DNA of 64,000 nucleotides from an uncultured Gemmatimonadales bacterium (GTDB lineage: Bacteria > Gemmatimonadota > Gemmatimonadetes > Longimicrobiales > RSA9): assembly GCA_963798085.1 (NCBI GenBank), contig CAWCRS010000003.1:416001-480000 (forward strand). The letters are read 5' to 3'. Position 1 is the first letter of the stretch, and the number at the start of each line of letters is the position of its first letter. This document shows, piece after piece, positions 50,727-59,712 of this stretch. The notes under the pieces were generated by a model that saw only the letters and a list, made by a program, of their open reading frames with translations, made no database searches and was not told the origin of the DNA. The translations under genes and the position numbers were made by a program.

Positions 50727-52685
50727 GTGAGCGAGCCGCCCGCGCGGCTGCCGGAATCCACGGGCGAGGTGCCCGCCATCTCGCCCGCACCACTGCCCTT
50801 CCACCTGAGCGCGCTGCGCACCACCGGCCGGGGCGTCGATCCCTTCGTGATCGCCGGACGCCGCGCTTTTGCACTCGGCAGCGAAGACACAGGCGTGCAT
50901 TGCGTCTGCCTGGATGGTCTGCACGCGCTCCATGACACCCGCCTGCACGATGCCGTTTTCCAGTCCGTCGAAGTCACCGCGCTCGGCACCGAACGCCAGC
51001 TGCTGCTGCACGGCGCGCAACTGCTCGAGCGCGTGCACATTCCGCGCGAGCAGCCCGCCGCGATTCTCGAATGGACACACACGCGCTCCATCGACGGCGC
51101 GGCCGCCGCTGTCGAGTTGCGCTTCACATGGCAGATCCAGCCCTCACCCGTCACGCCGGAACCGCCGCCCGCCTGGCGGCGTCAGGGCGGGGCGCTGATC
51201 CTCAGCCACGCAGGCCGCGTCATCGCCTGCCTGTCCGACCATAACGCGCAGTTAGAAGCGTCGGAAACCGCGCAGGGTCTGCACTGCCAGCTGCGCGCAC
51301 GGCTCGCGCCCGGCGAGTCCGTGCGCCTGCTCGTCACGGTTGCAGCAGGTGCAGGCGACGCTGTGGCTTCTGCTTTCGTACCGCTGCGCGATCCCGCCGC
51401 GCTGGTCCGTGCGGCGGGCGCCGGACTGCGCCGTCTCCGTCACGAGCGATTGTCCCTGGATGCACCGGACGAGCGTGCCGGTGAGGCGATCGAATGGGTC
51501 AAGTACCGGCTGGATCGCCTGCGCATCGACGTGCCCGGCGGTCGCTCCATGGTGGCCGGCTTCGGTTGCCCCGGCACGAACGGCAATGGTGGTCGCGATT
51601 GTGCGCTCCGCCACCTGTCCAGCGATGCCGCGTGGTCCGCGCTGGCGGCGCTTGCCACTGGCGATTTCGAAGCGGCTCGTGATCTGGTGCGCTGCCTGGG
51701 CAGTCTCCAGCAACCGGATGGCGCGATCCCGCTCGCCGCTCCGAGCGCTCCCGCCGCGGCGTCCCAACCGGACATCGAGGCCACCGCACTCTGGCTGCTG
51801 CTCGTCGCCCGAACGCTTGCATGGACCGGCGACCTGGCTTTCGTATCGGCGGCGTGGCCGCGTGTGCGCGCCGCTGCCGATTGCCTGCGTGCGGCGTCGC
51901 CCCGGGCCGGTGATGCGCGCGGACTCGGCCCGGTCGCGTTGCGCGAACTCGCCATTGCCGCCGAGTCCGTCGGCAATGCCGGGCTGGCGCGCGCGGCAGG
52001 AGACGCCGCTTCGGCGGGTTCCGCTGCGACGCGGCCCGCGGTAACGACGGGCGCATGGCCCGGCGTCGTCGCCCGCAACCTTGAGGGAGGGGTGTCACGC
52101 CACGCCATCGACGGCTGGCGCAGCTGGAGCGCCTATGCCAATGGCCGGCCCGAATCAGCCTTCGCCCTCTGGCGAGGCCTGCTGGAGGGCGGCTTCGCGG
52201 CCGCGCGTGGTTCGTGGCCTGACGTGCGTGATTCCCCGGACGGCCCGCCAGTGCAGGCGGCAGCTTCTGGATCCGCCGCCCGCGGCTGCGTCGATCACGC
52301 CCTTTCTGCGGCCGCGGCGATCTGGCCGCTGGCATTCGGCCTCCTGGGCGCCGATCCGGATGCGCTCCGTCATCGACTGCGGCTCCGGCCACAGCTGCCG
52401 CAGGAATGGGATCGCCTGGACGTGCGCGGGCTCTGCGTAGGCAATGCCGTCTTCGCGCTGCGCTACCGTCGAGCCGCCGCGTCGCATGTCTTCACGGTCT
52501 CGCAGGAGTCGGGCGCAGTGCCCTTCCGGCTCGTGCTGGAGCCCGCCATTGCAAGTGGCATCACCCGCGTGCGACTGGATGGTCAGGACGCCTCGCTCGA
52601 CGTACGGCGATTCGGCGAGCGTTGGCTGGTGCCGGTCCAGCTCATGGCGGAGCGCGAGCGCAGCATCGAGATCACGTCGGGGTGA
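50727..52685 (+). CDS. Amylo-alpha-1,6-glucosidase/GDE-like six-hairpin glycosidase-like protein (divergent)
   Basis: SMVAGF, ALATGDF, QQPDGAIP, ATALWL and GLLGADPDA...LRPQLP pattern. Confidence 0.55.
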   Translation: MSEPPARLPESTGEVPAISPAPLPFHLSALRTTGRGVDPFVIAGRRAFALGSEDTGVHCVCLDGLHALHDTRLHDAVFQSVEVTALGTERQLLLHGAQLLERVHIPREQPAAILEWTHTRSIDGAAAAVELRFTWQIQPSPVTPEPPPAWRRQGGALILSHAGRVIACLSDHNAQLEASETAQGLHCQLRARLAPGESVRLLVTVAAGAGDAVASAFVPLRDPAALVRAAGAGLRRLRHERLSLDAPDERAGEAIEWVKYRLDRLRIDVPGGRSMVAGFGCPGTNGNGGRDCALRHLSSDAAWSALAALATGDFEAARDLVRCLGSLQQPDGAIPLAAPSAPAAASQPDIEATALWLLLVARTLAWTGDLAFVSAAWPRVRAAADCLRAASPRAGDARGLGPVALRELAIAAESVGNAGLARAAGDAASAGSAATRPAVTTGAWPGVVARNLEGGVSRHAIDGWRSWSAYANGRPESAFALWRGLLEGGFAAARGSWPDVRDSPDGPPVQAAASGSAARGCVDHALSAAAAIWPLAFGLLGADPDALRHRLRLRPQLPQEWDRLDVRGLCVGNAVFALRYRRAAASHVFTVSQESGAVPFRLVLEPAIASGITRVRLDGQDASLDVRRFGERWLVPVQLMAERERSIEITSG

Positions 52686-52709
52686 GGCGGGACCGGCAGG
52701 ACCGGGCGC

Positions 52710-52740
52710 AAAAAAAAGATCCGCCCCGCAGGGCGGATCT
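52710..52740 (-). terminator. Intrinsic terminator for the minus-strand small gene
   Basis: 10-bp stem AGATCCGCCC/GGGCGGATCT with a 4-nt loop, followed by a T-run on the minus strand. Confidence 0.85.
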
Positions 52741-52770
52741 CCTGGAGAATTTGCCGAAAATCGATCTGCT

Positions 52771-52971
52771 TCAGCGCCCGTTTCGCGCGACCATGCGGCC
52801 GTCACCGCGGAGCAGCTCACGCAGGTGGGCAGGCCGCTCGGGCACGGACGTGCGAATGATCGTCCGCGCGTAAGCTATTTTCTCGTCTTCCGATAGCTTG
52901 TCGACCACCGCAATGGGAGCGCCGTAGCGAAGGAGTAACCGCTTGGCATCCCGGGCAACCGTGTCGTCCAT
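52771..52971 (-). CDS. Small hypothetical protein (66 aa)
   Basis: RBS AGGAGG, amphipathic helices, own terminator and an upstream TTGAAA..TAAGTT promoter-like sequence. Confidence 0.7.
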   Translation of the reverse strand: MDDTVARDAKRLLLRYGAPIAVVDKLSEDEKIAYARTIIRTSVPERPAHLRELLRGDGRMVARNGR

Positions 52972-53182
52972 CGGCCCTCCTGAAGGGGGAACTGCGAACC
53001 TCCTAACTTATCGATTTTTCCTCGAATTTCAACGGCTGCGAACCGTTTCGGGCCCGCTCCTCGCGGTTCTGACCGGCTCGTCGAAGGGGACTGTCTCGGG
53101 AGATTGCCTCCGTCGATGACCGTGTAGCAGCCGGTCTGATTGCTGACCCGGCTGCCTCGCCGATTGCTGTCCTGGATGGGAC

Positions 53183-53308
53183 TTACTTCGACCGGGAGGA
53201 TGCCTGCTTGGTGGTGGCGGCAGCCTTCGCCGTCTTTCTCGGCCGCCGGTTGCCGTAGGTCCCGCGGTACCGCTTCCCCTTCTTCGTGCGACGATCGCCC
53301 TTGCCCAT
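53183..53308 (-). CDS. 30S ribosomal protein bS31/THX
   Basis: MGKGDRRTKKGKRYRGTYGNRRPRK signature; RBS GGAGG. Confidence 0.9.
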   Translation of the reverse strand: MGKGDRRTKKGKRYRGTYGNRRPRKTAKAAATTKQASSRSK

Positions 53309-53384
53309 GAAGCCTCCGTCCGATTGTTCGAGCTGCGTCAGTCTCCAATCTCGACTCGCGCCCGGCACCTCGCCAGTCCCCCAC

Positions 53385-54719
53385 CTAGGCTTTCTCCTTT
53401 TCGTGGCTCAGATAGACAGTGCCGTTCTTCATGACGAAGCGGACGTGCTCGAGTGCGTGGATATCGGACGTCGGATCGCCTTCGATGGCCACCAGGTCCG
53501 CGAACGAGCCCGGTTTGAGCACGCCGATGAGATTGGGCATGCCGATCAGCTTCGCTGCGCTGATCGTGGCCGCCTGCAGCACCTGCGGCAGCGCCATCCC
53601 CGCCTCCGCGTAGGCGAACAGGACGTGCCTGGCCGCCTGCCCCTGCGGCATGCTCATGTCGATGTACATGTCGGAGCCGGCCGCGATGGGAACCCCCGCC
53701 CGTATCGCGCGCATGAGCCGGTCGTGCAGCCCCGCCACCATGCCGGCGAGCTGCTGGGTGCTCGGTTCCGGTGAGCCCGGCGAAGAGCCCCGAACGAAGA
53801 GTCGCATGAAACCTGTGTCGACATCGGTGGGAACCATGAAGGTGCCCTTCTTCGCCATCAGCGCGAGCGTCGAGTCGGCAACGCTGTAGGCGTGTTCCAC
53901 GCTCTCGACGCCCGCCTCCGTTGCTCGCCATACCGCGTCATCGTCGGTGGCGTGTGCGGCCACCCTGACGTGCATGCGATGCGCTTCGTCAACGATGGCG
54001 CGCATCTCTGCAGGCGACAGGTAACCGGGGTTGGGAGTGTTGTTCGAGTAGATCTTGATGACGTGCGCGCCGTAGGTGATGTTCTCGCGCACCGCCTGCG
54101 CCGCGTCTTCGGCGCCGTGCACGATGCGGTATTCGTCCTTCGCAATGTCGTGGAACGACTGCTGTACGCCTGGAAACTGTCCGCCTTCCGGGCTCAGCCC
54201 GGGACCCGACACGAACATGCGCGGTCCGTCCACGCTGCCATCTTCAATGGCGCTGCGCAGCGCGACGTCGCCGAATTGTCCGGAATTGCCCAGATCCCGC
54301 ACGCTGGTGATGCCCGCGGCCAGAAATGTGCGCGCCCTTGCCGCGCCGTGCAGCGCGCGCAGTGGCGTTCCCTCCACCACCACAGAGCGCACGCCCTCCA
54401 TGGTCAGACCGGGGCCCAGTTTCTCGAGGTAGAGCAGGTGCGTGTGCGCATCGATCAGACCCGGCATGACGGTGAACGCACGCAGATCGATCACACGCGC
54501 GCCCGCCGGCACACTCAGATTCTCGCCCACACTCACCACCCGATTGCCGCGCACCAGGATGTCCCTTGCCGGCAGCATCCTTCCCGATTCGCTGTCGAAG
54601 AAGCGACCCGCGCGAATCAGTTTCGTGCCCGTGTCCGGCGGCGTCTGGGCCCGCAGAACTGTGGTGTTTGCGAGCAGGATGACGGCAGCAACTGCGAGCG
54701 CGCCCCGATGGATGCTCAT
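53385..54719 (-). CDS. Metal-dependent amidohydrolase (Xaa-Pro dipeptidase-like), secreted
   Basis: PGLIDAHTH, GITSVRDLG, VAAHA, SVEH, AGSD and ADLVAIEGDP motifs. Confidence 0.9.
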   Translation of the reverse strand: MSIHRGALAVAAVILLANTTVLRAQTPPDTGTKLIRAGRFFDSESGRMLPARDILVRGNRVVSVGENLSVPAGARVIDLRAFTVMPGLIDAHTHLLYLEKLGPGLTMEGVRSVVVEGTPLRALHGAARARTFLAAGITSVRDLGNSGQFGDVALRSAIEDGSVDGPRMFVSGPGLSPEGGQFPGVQQSFHDIAKDEYRIVHGAEDAAQAVRENITYGAHVIKIYSNNTPNPGYLSPAEMRAIVDEAHRMHVRVAAHATDDDAVWRATEAGVESVEHAYSVADSTLALMAKKGTFMVPTDVDTGFMRLFVRGSSPGSPEPSTQQLAGMVAGLHDRLMRAIRAGVPIAAGSDMYIDMSMPQGQAARHVLFAYAEAGMALPQVLQAATISAAKLIGMPNLIGVLKPGSFADLVAIEGDPTSDIHALEHVRFVMKNGTVYLSHEKEKA

Positions 54720-54892
54720 TGTTTGACCCGTAGTGGAGTGAACCCTGATGAGCGGATGCCCACTGCGCTTCAGTTTACGGGACGGCCGCGATGCCGCGCG
54801 AGTTTCAGCGGGTCAGAGGCAGGCGGGTGGAGCCGGCCGGCGACGACCGCGACGGCGAGAATCGCCTGTCTGCGATCGCCGCCGGCATGTCG

Positions 54893-55524
54893 TCAGTGCG
54901 GTCCGATACCGATGGCGAACAGCAGCTTCAGAAAGAGATCATGCTGCATGGTGTTGCTGCCATTGGTGAAATCGAACTGACTGATGTAGTCGGACACTTC
55001 CGCGTCCAGATGGAACATGCTCTCCGGGAAGAGCGAAACGCCGGCGCCGAGCTGACCCGTCAGACGGGTCTGGTCCTTCAGGTAGCCACCGACCCCTGCC
55101 TGGTCCAGCCGGTCCTCATCGAAGTTGTACCACTTCGCGCCCGCACCTACCACGGCGTACGGACGCACCAGCGGCAGTGGCAGTGGTCGTATCACCAGCG
55201 CACCGGTCGCCGTCAGCACGGTCGACCGCAGCGCGCATGTCGAGCAGCCCACATTGTCCAGCGGCACGTCCGAATTGGTCGCATACGCCGCGTCAAAGCG
55301 GACATTCAGCGGCTGCTTCATGCTCCCGAATTCCAGGTTAGCGCCATACGCGAACGTCGATTCTTTCTTGCCGAAATCCACGGCCTGGACCTGCCCCAAT
55401 GCCGGGTCGGCGCGTACATGCCGAGCCACGGCGTGACCCTGAAGCCCTGGGCCTCAGCCGAAAACGGCAGCGCCATGACTGCCGCCGCCGCAAATGCCAG
55501 CATCCCTGTTGCCTTGAAACTCAT
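54893..55524 (-). CDS. Outer-membrane beta-barrel protein, frameshift near 55400
   Basis: Signal peptide (AAAAVMALPFSAEAQ), TPWLGMYAP, RPYAVVGAGAKWY and alternating beta strands. Confidence 0.7.
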
Positions 55525-55564
55525 ACTCGTTCTCCGTTTCGAGTTCTCCCTCGCTCGTGGGTTA

Positions 55565-55580
55565 TGCAAACCGGGTGCCC
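55565..55580 (-). promoter_or_regulatory. Putative sigma54 (-24/-12) promoter for the beta-barrel gene
   Basis: GGGCACCCGGTTTGCA gives GG-N10-GC, about 40 bp upstream of ATG 55524. Confidence 0.55.
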
Positions 55581-55818
55581 ACTGCCGTAAGGTGTTTCAC
55601 CAAAATGAATTGTGGCCATGACCCGCCTCCGGTTCCTCGGAGCGACGACGGGCGGCCGCTCCCCACGCGCCTCGTACTTCTGGTGAGCCGATGGCCTCCG
55701 TCTTCCCGCGCTTCGCTGAAGCCCCCCCGAAACCGGTACCCTTGCCCCTCCCTCCAACCACCTCGCACCCGCCGGCACGCAGCCCGGAACGTGCCCCTCG
55801 CGCCGTCGCCGGGCCGTC

Positions 55819-55846
55819 GCAACCTTTTGCTACCGGGATTCGTCTA
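55819..55846 (+). promoter_or_regulatory. Putative ECF sigma promoter
   Basis: GCAAC-N17-CGTCTA with a T-tract after the -35, about 60 bp upstream of ATG 55909. Confidence 0.5.
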
Positions 55847-55908
55847 TATTAGGAGCGGTGCGGGACTGGCCCCTTTCCCCCACCACTCGGCTTCAACGAA
55901 GCACAGGC

Positions 55909-56325
55909 ATGAGTCTCTGGCTGACTGTCACGCTCGCGGTCGTCGTCTCAATCACCGTCGCCTCCGTACGCGCGCTCATTCTGCGTGTAATGAAGCGGCG
56001 GCGTCCGCGCGTTGTGGAGCAGCCCAACTCGGCTTACACGCCGAAGCTCGTGCTCGACCGCGATGCCCGCGATCTCTGGCGCGCCATTCCGCTGGAACGG
56101 GTACACGAGATCAACCGTGGTGAAGTGCAGCGCCTGCTGGATCGCGTCGAAGCGCTCGGTGTCGACGGCCTGACTCAGCGCGAACGCACATTCCTCGATC
56201 GCATGGCCGAGCTGAATCCGCCGCTCCCCGAACCGCAGCGCTCCAACGGTCGCTCCGGCGATCCCTTCTGGCCTGACCCCTTCGGATTCGAACGACGCCT
56301 CGGCACCCACGACGCCAATCACTGA
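55909..56325 (+). CDS. Membrane-anchored DUF6576-like protein
   Basis: N-terminal TM; EVQRLLDRVEALGVDGLTQRERTFLDR motif. Confidence 0.65.
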   Translation: MSLWLTVTLAVVVSITVASVRALILRVMKRRRPRVVEQPNSAYTPKLVLDRDARDLWRAIPLERVHEINRGEVQRLLDRVEALGVDGLTQRERTFLDRMAELNPPLPEPQRSNGRSGDPFWPDPFGFERRLGTHDANH

Positions 56326-56629
56326 GCCCGTTGATCCGTCATTCCCGCCACGCCTTGCCGTCCAGTTACAAAGCCAGTCACTCCTCCAGGCAGCGCCCCA
56401 CTGTGTCCGCTGTGTCCTCCGTGCGCTGAAATCCGTTGTTATCCCTTGGCCTGCCACCACCGCGACGTCTACGCATTACCCGTGGCCCCTCCCCGCATCC
56501 CCCTGCCGTCTCGGCCCTGTTCCCCCTGCAACGTCTCGACGCAGGCGCACCCCGCCGCGCATGATTGACATCCGCCACTCCCACCCCCAAGTCTCCTGAT
56601 CATCAGGCAGCCCACCAACCCTGACTCCC

Positions 56630-59051
56630 GTGAAACGCAACATTACTGTTCTCAGTCTCACGCTCGTTTGTCTGCTGGGCGCCCAGGCCGTCATTTCCAC
56701 TCACCTGTCCGCACAGGATGCGCGGCGCTATCCAATCGTGCCTGCGCCCTCCCGGCTGGTCGCCCGGCCCGGCGAGTTTGCTCTGAACCGGAGCACGACC
56801 ATTGTCCTGTCGCGGCCTGCGGACGCCGAGCTGCACCGCATTGCCGAGACGCTCGCGCGCCCGCTCCGCGCTCTGTCAGGCCTGCCACTGCCGATCGCGA
56901 CGCGAGCGGCCCGCGCGAGCGAGGACAACGCCATCGTCCTGCGACTGACAGGACCAGCCGCGTCGTCACGCACCGCAGCGGCTCCCTACGACTGGTCCGC
57001 GGGCATCGACGAAGCCTACCATCTCTCTGTTGACGGGAATTCGATTGCATTGTCGGCGACGACGCACGCCGGCGTCTTTCGCGGGATACAGACGCTGCGC
57101 CAGCTGCTGCCTGCCGCCATCGAAACCGTGTGGAGCGATGCGGATTCCACAGCGACTCCTGCGCTCACGACGGTAACCGTGCCAGCGGTCGACATCACGG
57201 ACGCGCCCCGTTTCCGCTATCGCGGCATGCACCTCAATGTGGGGCGTCATTTCTTCCCGGTCTCGTTCATCAAACGCTACATCGACAGGCTCGCCGCCTA
57301 CCGCATGAACGTGTTCCACTGGCATCTCGACGGAGGACCAGGGCTGGCGCATCGAGATTCGCAGGTATCCTCGCCTCACGACGGTGGGCTCGTGCCGCGC
57401 CGAGACCATTGTCGATCGCAACTTCGACCCGTATGTCGGCGATGGACAGCCCTACTGTGGCTTCTACACGCAGCAGGAAATCCGTGAGGTCGTTGCCTGG
57501 GCTGCTGCGCGCTACATCACGATTCTGCCCGAGATCGAGATGCCCGGCCACTCGGTGGCCGCGCTGGCCGCGTATCCCGAGCTGGCCTGCACGCCCGGTC
57601 CATTCCAGGTATCGACGCGCTGGGGCGTCACGGAAGACATCTACTGCCCGAGTGAGCGCACCTTCGGCTTCCTCCAGGATGTGCTGACCGAAGTGATGCG
57701 CCTCTTCCCCGGTCGCTACATCCACGTTGGTGGCGATGAAGCGCCCAAGCGCGCCTGGCAGAAGAGCGAGCTGGCGCAGCAGCTGATCCGCAGGGAAGGG
57801 CTGCACGACGGGGATGCGCTGCAGAGCTGGTTCATTCGCCGCATCGAGAGATTCCTGAGCGGGCACGGCCGCCGCCTGATCGGCTGGGACGAGATCCTCG
57901 AGGGCGGCATTGCCCCCGAAGCCACGGTCATGTCCTGGCGAGGCATCGATGGCGGCATCGCGGCGGCCCGACAGGGTCATGATGTGATCATGACGCCTGA
58001 CAGCCATGTTTATTTCGACTACTACCAGGGTGACCCTGCCGGCGAGCCTCTCGCCATTGGCGGATTCACACCGCTCGATCGCGTCTACGGCTACGAGCCC
58101 GTGCCGCCCGAGCTGAGCGCGGCCGAGGCCGCACACATCCTGGGCACGCAGGGCAATGTCTGGACCGAGTACATGAAGACCACGGACTACGTCGAGTACA
58201 TGGTCATGCCCCGCATGCTGGCGCTTTCCGAAGTGCAGTGGTCACCACGCGAGCGCCGCAATTACAGCGATTTCCTGCAGCGGCTGCCGGCCCAGCTGCT
58301 GCGCCTGGATGCAGCGGGCGTGCATTACCGCGTGCCTGATGTGGTGGGCCTGGAAAGCGACGCCATCACACTCGAGCCGACGGTGCACGTGACGCTCTCG
58401 GTGCCGCTCTCCCGCGCCACGATCCGCTACACCACGGACGGATCCGATCCATCGACTGCATCCGCTCTGTACGCCTCGCCCTTCGACCTGCCCGTCAGCG
58501 AGCAGCCCGTCACGGTTGCGGCTCGTGCCTTCCTCGCCGATGGACGCAGCAGCGCCATCCGTCGCGCCAGCTTCACGCATACCACTCTGCGCGAACCCGA
58601 TCCCGTGCGCGAGGACGTGCTTGCGCCCGGGCTGTGTGTCGATCAGTTCGAAGGCAGCTTCCGGCGAGCCGATGACGTGCGTGCGCGCTCGCCGCTGCGT
58701 ACGGTCGTGTCCCCGCTCGTGCAGCTGCCCGCGGACATCGCCGCCGAACGCTTCGGCCTGCGCTACACCGGCTATCTCCACGCACCAGCAGATGGCATTT
58801 ACACGCTTTATCTGTCGTCCGATGACGGCAGCCGCCTTCGCATCGGCAGCTCACTCGTGGTGGACAATGATGGCGCGCACGGGGAAGTCGAAAAGTCGGG
58901 CCAGATCGCACTGCACGCCGGCTGGCACGCCCTCGAAGTCGACTACTTCCAGGCCGGCGGCGGCAAGGCCCTCTCTCTCGCCATGGCCTCGACCGGCAGT
59001 GCCAAACACCCGGTTAACGCCACGCAGCTCGCCTGCCTCGCCTCCAGGTAA
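56630..59051 (+). CDS. Beta-N-acetylhexosaminidase GH20 with Fn3-associated and PA14 domains, frameshift near 57330
   Basis: DAPRFRYRGMH, FHWHL, PEIEMPGH, catalytic HVGGDE, GWDEI, IRYTTDGSDP and SSDDGSRL motifs. Confidence 0.93.
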
Positions 59052-59055
59052 ATAC

Positions 59056-59290
59056 GCCACCGCGGAGAACGGGAAGACACCCGGAGAAGCCGCGGAGTGA
59101 CGAACTTTTGTTGTTAACGGATTACCAATCAACGGAATTACAGATCAACGGAAACGGACCAGCGGATTGAAAGGGGGCGTGGCATCCCGAGAGCATCATC
59201 GCTCCGCGGTTACGGCGTCTCCGGCAACCGCGTTGGCAAACGCCCCGCTGCAGTACGATCTGTTCCCCGGCAACCAGCCCCGGCAACGCA
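59056..59290. repeat. Composite REP-like intergenic element between convergent genes
   Basis: CACCGCGGAG motif with an imperfect inverted partner, tandem AACGGA units and GTTCCCCGGCAACCAGCCCCGGCAAC at 59262-59287. Confidence 0.6.
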
Positions 59291-59325
59291 GCACCAATGA
59301 CCGCGAAGCCGGGCTGCGATGCGCG

Positions 59326-59544
59326 TCAGTTCATGGCTTCCTCAGCCGTGTAGCCTTCTTCGCTGACGATGCTGGCCAGGGCGCGGGGTGACGTCCGGGT
59401 ATCGTCGTAGTCGACGGTAGCGCGGCCTTTGGCCAGGTCCACGATGGCGTGCGTCACGCCGGCGGTGTTTTCCAGCGCTTCCTTCACGGTCTTCACGCAG
59501 TGGCCGCAGCTCATGCCGCTGACCTTCAGTGTGGCGGTGGCCAT
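59326..59544 (-). CDS. copZ: Copper chaperone (HMA domain)
   Basis: GMSCGHC motif, 72 aa, downstream of copA; RBS GAGGAGG. Confidence 0.9.
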   Translation of the reverse strand: MATATLKVSGMSCGHCVKTVKEALENTAGVTHAIVDLAKGRATVDYDDTRTSPRALASIVSEEGYTAEEAMN

Positions 59545-59712
59545 GCCGGCCTCCTCGTCAATGCAGTTGTGGAGTGCGCGCGCTCAGGGGTAGCGCCGCA
59601 ACAGGAAATATCACTTGACCCGGATCGTGGCCAGCGTGCCAGCCGCAGTTACGACAACCCGACGCATCATGACGGCGGTCCCGGCAGGCTCCGGTGTTGG
59701 CGATCGCTCGCA

